Positions 12,728 to 24,377 of a stretch of DNA of 56,106 nt are shown here, one piece after another. The notes under the pieces are model-generated. The model saw only the letters and a program-made list of their open reading frames with translations. It had not been told where the DNA came from and ran no database searches. The stretch spans positions 18,596,473 through 18,652,578 of the forward strand of contig NC_068999.1 in the NCBI RefSeq assembly GCF_001194135.2. Direction: 5' to 3'. The number at the start of each line of letters is the position of its first letter. Positions within the stretch are counted from its first letter, which is position 1. Made by a program: the position numbers and the translations under genes. The DNA comes from Octopus bimaculoides. Taxonomy: Eukaryota.

Positions 12728-13969
12728 CTGTATATGCATGTATATATATGTATGTGTTTGTATGTAAGTATGTGTGTAACATGTGTTTGTATGTAATTAG
12801 ACGCATGTTTTTACACGCAAAAAATCAAAATTTGAATATTTTTGTGTAGGATATAAAATTCATATTAAATGTGCTAACCATTTAGCAATTAAATTTTCAA
12901 CCGCGCTACATTTACATAACTTACTACATCTTTCTCTAAATTTTGTCGATTCACTTTCTTTACCGGCCAATAAAGTGACGTGCGTTTAGGAGGAAACTGA
13001 GGTCAGAAAACAAAACACCGTAAAGTAAATCAATGGGATTTGATAGGAATACTGGGATATGTACGGACGGAATGAAAATTTTAAGAATATTGTCTTAATT
13101 TGATAAGAAATAACGTTATGAATGCAAATTGCTGCACTGAGAATACAATAAAACAATTCAGTTCTTCCGCTGCATGTCAAGTCATATATTTCATATCTAC
13201 GCCGCCTAAAATATTGGTGAACATCTACTAGAAATATACACATAATAGCACATAACTCAGTGCCCCTTGTCACATAGCAACATTTCTACTCAATCATGTT
13301 CATACATAAAACAATATATTTTTAAATAATAGCAAATGCAAATCGGATGGAGACCTAACGTGACAAAACCAAATAACATAAACGAACAGAGTTTACATTT
13401 GATAAATTTATCATTCCCTGCAAGAAGACATTATTGTTTACACATAGGTTATGCAAATGCATATTTTGAAGCCATGCATGCAATTGCAAAAAAAAATCAC
13501 AAATAAAATAATTTTTATTAATGTAATTACGGGTTGCTGAAGTAACCTAAAATTTAAATGGGGATGAAGATATATCATGTGGCAGAGGAAAGGTTGCAAT
13601 AGAGCCTCAAAATTCATCCCCAAAGTATTACGAATAGTGCATATCCGAATGGTCTTAAAGAAATATCAACGTATAAATTTTAAACAGAGTCCATAAAAAT
13701 TGCATCGCCTTCTCGATACAATCTCAAAAATAATTAAGGATATATTAATAAAAAAAGTGATAGATGTAAATAAATGAAAATTATAAACGCACCAAAAAGA
13801 AGAAGGCAGGTACAATTCGAAGAACTCACACGGAATAGCAAACGAAAAAACAATCTGCAAGATCCTTTTTTTAATGTATATATATGCCTCCTCCTAAATT
13901 CCGAAAATATATATACAAACAACTACATATATACATATACACGCGCACACACATATATATGTATGTGTA

Positions 13970-13970
<1 letters not shown>

Positions 13971-14016
<46 letters not shown>

Positions 14017-14151
14017 ATGTGTGTATGTATGTATGTATGTATGTATGTATATAAGTATGTATGTATGTATGTATGTATGTACGCATGCATGTAAGTTAAT
14101 ATGTATATAAGTAGAGCGTAAATGATAGCTAACTATCTATCTAGCTAGCCC

Positions 14152-14199
<48 letters not shown>

Positions 14200-14208
14200 G
14201 ATAGATAG
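13971..14208. repeat. (TCTA)n-(GTAT)n-(TAGA)n compound microsatellite
   Basis: Direct reading. Confidence 0.95.
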
Positions 14209-14319
14209 AACAATATATTTACATATATACATATATGTATATATAGGTAAGATAAGATATGCACGTGATGGAGTTATGAAACCAGATATGTTTCAGCGGC
14301 AATGTTAATGCTGACCTAC

Positions 14320-14364
14320 CAGCTGCATCTACTGGTAGCGTATGTACACTACTGTTAGTGGCAG
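14320..14364 (-). CDS. Candidate 45-bp phase 1-1 internal exon, (A)ATNSSVHTLPVDAA
   Basis: Acceptor atatttcaaaattcag|, donor CTG|gtaggt; length a multiple of 3; open in phase 1; GC higher than flanks. Confidence 0.35.
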
Positions 14365-14488
14365 CTGAATTTTGAAATATATGTAATAATTTGAATGAAG
14401 GATTACCAAGTTATCCCTATGCTCATTTTCTGTATAACTATATGCGTGTGTGTGTGTGTGAGTATAAATATATACATACACACACACA

Positions 14489-14535
<47 letters not shown>

Positions 14536-15881
14536 NNNNNNNNNNNNNNNNNNNNNNNNNNNNNNNNNNNNNNNNNNNNNNNNNNNNNNNNNNNNNNNNN
14601 NNNNNNNNNNNNNNNNNNNNNNNNNNNNNNNNNNNNNNNNNNNNNNNNNNNNNNNNNNNNNNNNNNNNNNNNNNNNNNNNNNNNNNNNNNNNNNNNNNNN
14701 NNNNNNNNNNNNNNNNNNNNNNNCATGCACACACTCACAGGTAAAAGAGATAGAGAGATAGAGAGAGGGGGGGCAGAATCGAGCGGGATACAAGGGAACA
14801 CTAAACAAAATGCACTTTAAATTTTTTTGAATTTTATAATAATTTATAGCTGCACATACAAAGTAATCCGAATTATAGAGATATTTTAAACAATACATAA
14901 TGGCCGTATTAAAAATAATTCATCGTAAACAGTGAAATAAGAATATTATAAATGAATTATTCTTTGGGGACACATGAGCTCTTATGATTTGTTTTGAAAT
15001 ATTACGCACTGGAAAAATTATGCCATAACACAATAGCTGGAAAGCAATTATATACAGAAAGATAGTAATTAACTTAAGCTAAAGAATTTTGAAACCTTAA
15101 TGACATTCGATAACGACAGCAGAAATGAAGATATATAAGGAAATACAGAACCAACAACGTGTATGTATGACATCTTAAAATGAAATATTTGGAATGAAAG
15201 TACGCCTAAGAGAAAGATTCCTGAATAATCAAAATTAACTCAGCGATGCGAAAACCACAATCAAACTGTACAGAGGAAAGATTACGAAAGGAAAGATGAA
15301 TCTGAGCGTGCGATGGATTAATTAATGAAAGGCCATTCAGATAGACTCCATTCATGTATTCAGAATATATTAGCCATTAGTAAGTCAATATCCATTAACT
15401 GCAATCGCATTAAACGTCTTAAGTGAGAATGGAAGATAGTTGTATTTCCAAAGTTGATAATTAGCAAAAAGGATATCAAATGAACCAGAGTTAAAGGGGT
15501 TGGGATTTTGGCTCCAAATCTTCTTTCCATTCTAATTGACATGGAACATTTATTGAAGCGTTGGAACACAAAACATTAAAGATTGTATATGTTCTGAGGA
15601 TAGCGCATTGTCAAATTTTTCGTCAAACAAACAGCGTGCGAGTTGAATAACGAATTTCGTATAGAGCATAATTCGCCCCATGGCTGGATTAGAAAGACTA
15701 CAGCATACTTAAAATCTTGTGAAAGAAATATATACGTATGTACAAAAGTACACACAAACTCAGACTCACGTATACCCGTATACACACATAAACACACACA
15801 TATATATGTATACACACACACACGTGTATATATTTATATACACACAGCCACACTTATATACATACATACTTATATATAAAG

Positions 15882-15913
<32 letters not shown>

Positions 15914-16142
15914 GTGCTAATTTGCCTTAGTTAAACGCAAAATAAATCTTCCATCTAATTTGAAGGCCGCTGATAATATTTTAGCTGTTTCAAAATAGAG
16001 AATAATTAAGGCGGCGCGAGCTGGCGGAAACGTTAGCACGCCGGTATTTTTCGTTGTCATTATTATTATTCAGTTCTATATTTAAGAGATGAGGAATTAT
16101 TTACATTATTTACATTCTTTACATTGTATACATTGTGAATCG

Positions 16143-16310
16143 GTGAGAATGTAGAATTGTTACCACGCCGGGCGAAAGGCTCTGCCTTGTCATATGTCAT
16201 TACGATCTAAGTTCTAATTCCACCGAGGTCGACTTTGCTTATTCATCCTTTCCAGTTAAATAAATTGATTACAATGAAACGTTGAGTTCGATGTAATCCA
16301 CTGGTTCACA
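16143..16310 (+). mobile_element. tRNA-derived SINE, family B (an extra 35-bp head fragment lies at 16010-16044)
   Basis: cacgccgggcgaaa..ttccaccgaggtcgactttgc..ttcatcctttc..tcgatgtaatc; matches the other family-B copies in this window. Confidence 0.75.
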
Positions 16311-16349
16311 TTCACTAAATTTTCAGGTTTATATGCAAAGTAACAGCTC

Positions 16350-16563
16350 ACTTGTTTCGGTCATTTAACTGCGGCCATGATGGAGTACTTCCCCGAAGTC
16401 GCTTTAGTCTTGCAAGTCGACTCTGTAACTTATGTTTTGAGCCAGGTAATTATTCTATCTGTATCTTTAGCTGCACTGCTAAGTTTCGGTGACGTAAACA
16501 CACCAACACATGTTGTCAAGCGGTGATGTGTGACAAACACAAACACCCACACATACACACACA

Positions 16564-16603
<40 letters not shown>

Positions 16604-16960
16604 CTTTATTACCCATAAGGGGCTAAACGTAGGCGGGGCAAACAAGGACAGGCAAAGAGATTAAGTTGATTACATCGACGTCAATGCGTAAGTACTACTT
16701 ATTTAATCGACCCTGAAAGGATGAAAGCCAAAGTCGACTGGCAGGCGAAATGTCGCTAAGCATTTCACCCGGCGTGCTAACGTTCCCAGCAGCTCACCTT
16801 ACTTATATATAGCGTATGCGACGGACTTCTTTCAGTTTCTGTCTATGAAAGCCTCTAGTATGGTTTTATTCAGTCCGAGGCTATTCTAGAAGAGACTTGG
16901 CCAAGACGCCAGGCAGAGGGACTGAACCCCGGACCATGTAGTTGCGAAGCAACCTTCTTA
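16350..16960 (-). mobile_element. SINE family A copy split by a nested family-B insertion
   Basis: 3' half at 16350-16560 (cttgtttcggtcatttaactgcggccatg) and 5' head at 16810-16960 (cttctttcagtttc..ggactgaacccc) are colinear with 54764-55142. Confidence 0.8.
16602..16799 (-). mobile_element. SINE family B nested in SINE A
   Basis: Reverse complement reads ggtgagctgctgggaacgttagcacgccgggtgaaatgcttagcg..gtcgactttggctttcatcctttcagggtcgatt. Confidence 0.85.
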
Positions 16961-17799
16961 CTGTATTTAGTATAGATTTTGCAAAATGAAAACTGTATGT
17001 ACAAACAAAACTATACTAAAGATCAAGAATCATTGAAGGAGACTCAAATGTATTTATTAAAGCAAAATTAAATGTATAGATTTCAAATTTTATCTGTTAT
17101 CATAGAAAGGTTGCAATATGTGAAGTAATAGAATGTATTGCTGTATAGATATAACTGATGATGAACAAGCGATGTTTTCTGCTCGAGGAGCTTGCTTGCA
17201 TAAACAACGCTTTTATCCGGAAGGTGTTCGGCGGATTTTCTTTAATACTATTTACAGATATTAGAGGAAAAAAAATAAATAAACGTACACACACAAAAGA
17301 TACACATACTCACGCATACACAAACCTGATACACGCGATGATACACAGGTAAGCACACACAAATACACACGTACACAAAATCCTATATCAATAAAGGCAG
17401 ATACAAAGAAATAAATATTGGTAATTAAAATCTCTTTCCATCTCTCTATGTGTGTGTTCGTTCGCTTCCACATATACATAAATGCACGTACTCACATATG
17501 AACCAACCCACAAATGTATGTGCACGTGTAAATGTTCCATAGTTTGTGCGCGTTTGGTTTTTACGAGTGTGTTTGAATACGCACCTATTTGAAGGGAATA
17601 TGAATATCTTGCTTGTGTTATGGTTGTATATGACGGTATCACTTCATGTGTCATGGTGTATTAATTTCTCTCATTATAAAATCTTTCAATGGGCTTCACT
17701 ATATATTTCGTTTTTAAACTGAGTGCATCCACATTGTAAATGTATTAATACGAATTCACATCAATTTATCCACAAGAAGCGTCGAATGTAATGCCATAT

Positions 17800-17861
17800 G
17801 TGTGTACGTGTGTGTGTGTGTATGTGTGTGAGCGTATATGTGTTTGTGTGTACAGAGATAG

Positions 17862-17904
<43 letters not shown>

Positions 17905-17906
17905 AA

Positions 17907-17954
<48 letters not shown>

Positions 17955-17975
17955 ATATGTATATAGATAGATAGA
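17800..17975. repeat. (GT)n and (AGAT)n microsatellites
   Basis: Direct reading. Confidence 0.95.
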
Positions 17976-18300
17976 CTGGGAACGTGGACTGGAACCAATA
18001 AATACACACAGCTCTAGCTCTCCTTCGTGACAATTTATATTAAGAAAACAATTAAAATTAACAACAATACAAAATTATGAAACAACTCATTACTCTCATT
18101 CAACAGTTCCAAAATGATTTAATGAAAAAGAAACGACCCACTTAACAAACATTTCTATGCAAAACCAGCAACTTCTAAGTGTTCACAAGAGTGAAGCCAT
18201 AAACAAAAGCTGCAACAAATCAATCTCGTCAGTTATTAACATTCCAGATCACTGAGATTTCAAAGCAGGAGTAGTTGCGGTGGGTCCGTCCTCTAAGGCA

Positions 18301-18362
18301 CATAGACTGTGCAACTTCATTGGCGTTCTTCCATAGACGGAGCAACTTCATTGGCGTTTTTC
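18301..18362. repeat. 31-bp tandem duplication
   Basis: catagactgtgcaacttcattggcgttcttc / catagacggagcaacttcattggcgtttttc (3 mismatches). Confidence 0.9.
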
Positions 18363-18640
18363 CTTAAATCACTTCTTCAATATATGCGGAACTACATGAG
18401 AGATGACTTGGACTTGTTTAAACCATCTACGAAGCAAAACCAGCATGGATGAAAAATGAAAAAAATATCTCATTCGATGTAATAAATTTATACATCTCGA
18501 ATACGAAATAGAAGTTATACAATTTTGACTGGAAAAAAATCGGAATATAATATGTCATTTAATTCAATGACATATTATATTTCAACTACAGCACCTACAG
18601 ACTAATATCTTGGACTTTGATAGGAACAAGTGTACTCCAC

Positions 18641-18661
18641 CTACACACACACACACACATA

Positions 18662-18713
<52 letters not shown>
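18641..18713. repeat. (CA)n microsatellite
   Basis: Direct reading. Confidence 0.95.
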
Positions 18714-18716
<3 letters not shown>

Positions 18717-19921
18717 TTGCTAAACTCGTCATATTTACAGCACCAAGTATGTGAACACGCCTGACTGAAATTTCGCAATATATTCCAAAAATACNNNNNN
18801 NNNNNNNNNNNNNNNNNNNNNNNNNNNNNNNNNNNNNNNNNNNNNNNNNNNNNNNNNNNNNNNNNNNNNNNNNNNNNNNNNNNNNNNNNNNNNNNNNNNN
18901 NNNNNNNNNNNNNNNNNNNNNNNNNNNNNNNNNNNNNNNNNNNNNNNNNNNNNNNNNNNNNNNNNNNNNNNNNNNNNNNNNNNNNNNNNNNNNNNNNNNN
19001 NNNNNNNNNNNNNNNNNNNNNNNNNNNNNNNNNNNNNNNNNNNNNNNNNNNNNNNNNNNNNNNNNNNNNNNNNNNNNNNNNNNNNNNNNNNNNNNNNNNN
19101 NNNNNNNNNNNNNNNNNNNNNNNNNNNNNNNNNNNNNNNNNNNNNNNNNNNNNNNNNNNNNNNNNNNNNNNNNTATATATATATATATATATATATATAT
19201 CGTTATCTATATACACGATATATAATGATAATTATATTCATAATTAGTTTAGTCGTACTAGCGTTAATGATAACAACTGTAGTAGTATTAGTAGTATTAT
19301 TAACAGCGTTTGTGGTGGTACATGAATGTTGACTTAGGCGTAAGAATTTGCACCACGGTGTCCATTATCAAAACGACTCCAAGAATTTAAATATAGAGTA
19401 TTAGATTGTCTAGGAGCCTACTAGCACAATGTCTGCAATTAATTGAACTATTGTATTTAAATGTAGCTTCAACATGCAAAACAACGTTCTTTGGAAACTG
19501 ACACCATCTGCTTATAGACATCGAATAGAATATAACTTCCAATGAAGAGATATGTATCTGGTAATTCCTATGCTGTTTGTCTTTTTTATGACACAAATTG
19601 CTCGTTAAATGTAACTAAGTTAGAAATTAAACGAAGACAAAATTTATGAAAGCGGCTGTGTCAGAAATTGAACAAAATATTGTACAATTAACGTTAAATA
19701 AGACATTTATTGTAAAATTAATATTTCATTATTTCTAAACTGTCTCGATAACGATAATTAAAAAAGGAGTAGTACTACTAAAAATACCACTACTACCAAA
19801 GCCAGGAACAACATTACAACGTCCACAATTATCAATACTGCTACTCAAACTACAAATACTACAACAAAATCATCAACACTAGTACGACCAAACTGATAAT
19901 GAAAACAAGTATCATGATACA

Positions 19922-19975
<54 letters not shown>

Positions 19976-20300
19976 NNNNNNNNNNNNNNNNNNNNNNNNN
20001 NNNNNNNNNNNNNNNNNNNNNNNNNNNNNNNNNNNNNNNNNNNNNNNNNNNNNNNNNNNNNNNNNNNNNNNNNNNNNNNNNNNNNNNNNNNNNNNNNNNN
20101 NNNNNNNNNNNNNNNNNNNNNNNNNNNNNNNNNNNNNNNNNNNNNNNNNNNNNNNNNNNNNNNNNNNNNNNNNNNNNNNNNNNNNNNNNNNNNNNNNNNN
20201 NNNNNNNNNNNNNNNNNNNNNNNNNNNNNNNNNNNNNNNNNNNNNNNNNNNNNNNNNNNNNNNNTATATGTATATATATACATATGTATGTATATATATA

Positions 20301-20655
20301 TCATTTACTTTTGTCCCGTTAATTCTTTCAATCACTTGACTGCGGCCATGCTGAAACATCACCTTCGATGGTTTATTCGGACAAATCGACCCTACGATTA
20401 TTTTCTTAAGCCTAGTACATATTCCATCGTCTCTCTTTGTCGAACCGCTATAGAGGCATAAACACACCAATACCAGTTGTCAGCTTGTGATAGTGGAACA
20501 AATAGAGACAAAGATACACACATACAACTATATATTTCCATCTACCAAATCCACTCACAAGTCGTTCCTCGACCCGTGGCTATATTAGAAGACACTTGCC
20601 CAATGTGCCGCACTGTGGGACTGAACTGTTTAGGAAGCAAGTTTCTTAGCAAAAC
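20301..20655 (-). mobile_element. SINE family A
   Basis: tgactgcggccatgctg, aagcctagtacatattc, gaaccgcta, ccaaatccactcacaag, tagaagacacttgccca, gggactgaac. Confidence 0.85.
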
Positions 20656-21779
20656 TTCACCCGAGCAACACACAAATATATTCATGTAACTATTGTGTAC
20701 ACTCAAATATATGTATTTGCCTAATATTTACACGTTTGTGATTGTGTGTGTGTGTGTTTTTTTGTTTTGCGTGTTCCTGTAGGTGCATTTTACTCTCCTT
20801 ATTCTGTGTAAAAGGGAAATATTCATTTCTAATAAGAAAACAAATCACTATCTCAGTATTTCTTAAAATCTTTCAAGGTATAAACATATGTGCAAATATA
20901 TATCAATAATCTGTATTAAAAAAAAAATTGCTTCTACATGTAAACTGTTGGTGCACGTCATATGTGAAATATATTCACTTGGAAATCATTTAGTTGTCCG
21001 TTATTAATACAAACCAGTTAAATAACAACGGTGAAACATGCGTTAGCATTAGCAAATGATCTTTAAGACCTGGATCGAGAAACTCTAAATTTGCATGCAG
21101 TTTTATGTAAGATTTCAGGTTTTGTCCGTCCGATTTTTTAAGTAATGTTCACACTGTCATGTTCGCTGTAGTCTACAAATTCACATATTGTTTTTACAAA
21201 CACGTGCTAGATTGCATCTTAAGACACGTATAGATGCGTTTGACAGATGTTTACTGGTAATGATGCTCAAATCTCTCTTACGTTGAGAATAAGGCAATAT
21301 TTCCTATATATTTATATATCGCAAGGTATTGTATTTATTTTCATAAGTGTCTTGCAGTGTTGCAATGTAGTATATTAATTACATATTAAGCAGCTGTTCA
21401 TGTCATGTGCAAAACGTTGCTCACAGTTAGTAAACAAGTAATTATTTAGTGACGCATTGCAATGTATACATATTTGCGTAGTGGTTGGGACTCCATAGAC
21501 ATCTATATTTACAAAATAAATGAAATCGCATCAAATATATTTCTCACACTCTCCATATATTTACAATTTCCAATGGCAATTTTCTAATTAAATGATCGTT
21601 ACCGGTTTTATAAAGCTAACTTCCCCAAGGTTCCTATTTAGATATTGTTGTACTGCTATATTTCAGATGTGAATTTGTAGCAGATTTACATTTTCGTATG
21701 TACATATACGCACGCACACGCATGCACACGCGTGATCCACAAATGCATCCGATACAAAATAACGTAGTGTATATATATG

Positions 21780-22110
21780 TACAGGTGTGTTTATGTGGTA
21801 GGAAGCATTCTTCCCAACCGCATGGTTCCGAGTTCTGTTCCACCCCGTGGCACACTGGGCAAGAGTCTTCTACTATAGCCACGGGCCGACCAAAGACCTG
21901 TGAATGGATATGGTAGGCGGAAACTGCAACAAGCCTGACGTATATATATATATATATAAATGTATAAATTTATATGACTCTTCGTGTCTGTGTTTCTCCT
22001 CCCACCATCACTTGACTACTGATGTTGGTGTTTACGTCCCCGTAATTTAGCGGTTCGGCATAAGGGACCTATGGTTTTAAGCACTAACCTTAAAACGAAT
22101 AAGTCCTCGG
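21780..22110 (+). mobile_element. SINE family A
   Basis: atgtggtaggaagc..ggttccgagttc..ctgggcaagagtcttctactatagccacgggccgaccaaag..cccgtaatttagcggttcggc. Confidence 0.85.
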
Positions 22111-22403
22111 GTAGGCCATTAAGTCATCCGAAATAGAGAAACTTGTTGATTATAAAAGGTTCAATTTCTCTTCAATACTAGTTCTTTTCATACACTTCTT
22201 CTGAAACGATGCCAGTTAAACTGTCTACACGAAAATAAAGAGCTCGTCATTATAATGTATATAGGCATTTTGAATTTAAATTACATAAGGTTGTCAAAGC
22301 CAGATGGAAACTTACGTTAACAAAGGTTTCATTGAAGACTGAATGAATAATTTAAAATTTTCATACTCCCAACACTAATACTGTCTTCAAATAAAAACAT
22401 TCG

Positions 22404-22436
<33 letters not shown>

Positions 22437-23356
22437 NNNNNNNNNNNNNNNNNNNNNNNNNNNNNNNNNNNNNNNNNNNNNNNNNNNNNNNNNNNNNNNN
22501 NNNNNNNNNNNNNNNNNNNNNNNNNNNNNNNNNNNNNNNNNNNNNNNNNNNNNNNNNNNNNNNNNNNNNNNNNNNNNNNNNNNNNNNNNNNNNNNNNNNN
22601 NNNNNNNNNNNNNNNNNNNNNNNNNNNNNNNNNNNNNNNNNATAATGGAGAACTCATAACCACTCTTAATATATTATTTACGGTTATATATTTGATAGCT
22701 TTAATTCTGCTGAAGTCCGTTCAAATTTGAATCAAATGAAATTCAAATTTCAATCTCTTCTCTTTTCACCTGCCGATCAAACGTACCCTAGAAATGTTTC
22801 CTGTTAATATGAAGAGACATTAATATTCATAGAGACACTCAACTGAGCTGGAAAATATACTCTTAAAGGTAAAATATTCACGTAATCTAATGTACATTCG
22901 TAAACAACGTAGCCACCGGTATTATTAATCAATTTTGTTTTGGTGCCACTGCAATATTACAACGATGTGAGTTTAAAATTTGGAATTTCTATACGCAGAA
23001 ATATTTGCGACAATTGCATATGATCTGAACATTTTATTAGAATACAGAAAGTGCATGCCAGATTAAATATACGTAGGCATACAAACACAATCATACGCAT
23101 ATGAATTGTTTGGGGAATAGTTCTCACACTTGCACAGGCTATTATTTAGTGTTACACAAGACACCGGCTGTCTTTCAGTAGCCATATAGTTCAGTGATAC
23201 ACAGTGCTTAACTGCAATTTGACAGGTACATATTTCGATTGTCTAACGCCGTTGCATGATATGTGTTCGGTTATAGAAGTGCTTTACTAGATTCTCTAAA
23301 ACAGCTGTCATAGTTTTGGGATATCTTTATGTATATCTGTTAAAGTCTGTCATACC

Positions 23357-23396
23357 GGCCATGACGAAGGGAAATAGCCCTGAAACTCGAGTCGCC
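23357..23396 (+). ncRNA. Minimal type I hammerhead ribozyme motif of Penelope type, with a 1-nt insertion in the core
   Basis: GGC-C[A]TGACGA-AGGG(aaatag)CCCT-GAA-AC(TCGA)GT-C-GCC: stems I, II and III pair; palindromic stem III; GUC triplet. Confidence 0.7.
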
Positions 23397-24302
23397 TTTA
23401 TATATATATATTTATATTTATATATTTATATATTTGATCCTTTATATTGAACACTCAATATTGCATCTACATTCAATACTTTCTTTCATGGTGCCATCCA
23501 TTTTTATGTTATTTTATTTTATATTGTATATTGTATATCATATTATATATTGTATATTCCATATTCTATACCCCACATTAGTTCTGCAGGAATATAAATA
23601 AAACATAAAAAACAGACAGTGTTGGAACTCTTTTAAGCAAAATAATATATTCCTCTATACACAATCATACAAAAAAACCACCTTTTTTGTATTNNNNNNN
23701 NNNNNNNNNNNNNNNNNNNNNNNNNNNNNNNNNNNNNNNNNNNNNNNNNNNNNNNNNNNNNNNNNNNNNNNNNNNNNNNNNNNNNNNNNNNNNNNNNNNN
23801 NNNNNNNNNNNNNNNNNNNNNNNNNNNNNNNNNNNNNNNNNNNNNNNNNNNNNNNNNNNNNNNNNNNNNNNNNNNNNNNNNNNNNNNNNNNNNNNNNNNN
23901 NNNNNNNNNNNNNNNNNNNNNNNNNNNNNNNNNNNNNNNNNNNNNNNNNNNNNNNNNNNNNNNNNNNNNNNNNNNNNNNNNNNNNNNNNNNNNNNNNNNN
24001 NNNNNNNNNNNNNNNNNNNNNNNNNNNNNNNNNNNNNNNNNNNNNNNNNNNNNNNNNNNNNNNNNNNNNNNNNNNNNNNNNNNNNATATATATATATATA
24101 TATATATATTGGTTAATCGGTTTAAAACATTGTCGGAAGAAGAAAAGAATCCATCTCAAATTACGTTATGTGCGTTTGCTGTAATTTCAAATCTTAATAA
24201 ACGAAGTTCGATCTGAACATGTTATAATTTTCCGAGAGTAAATTCATCGTGATTGCAGTAGATTAAAGTATTGATGTACACTTCAGACTTACAACTGCTT
24301 AC

Positions 24303-24377
24303 CATCTTCTCTACTCATCATAACATTTTTGGTATTAAATTTAATTCAGTTATTGTCTTTCGAAAATGGATTGAATA
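24303..24377 (-). CDS. Candidate 75-bp exon with 5' UTR plus start codon (MMSRED; coding part 24321-24303)
   Basis: Acceptor gttgctctcag|, strong donor ATG|gtaagc; all three through-frames have stops, so it fits only as a start exon ending in phase 1. Confidence 0.25.

Noticed and set aside
15385-15531. Minus-strand frame NGKKIWSQNPNPFNSGSFDILFANYQLWKYNYLPF...
   Set aside because: Protein-like but has a weak acceptor, no donor and no recognised homology; it cannot be joined to the exon chain.
16037-16171. cacgccgg direct repeat as a target-site duplication
   Set aside because: Both copies are the same motif within two separate SINE B heads, not a TSD.
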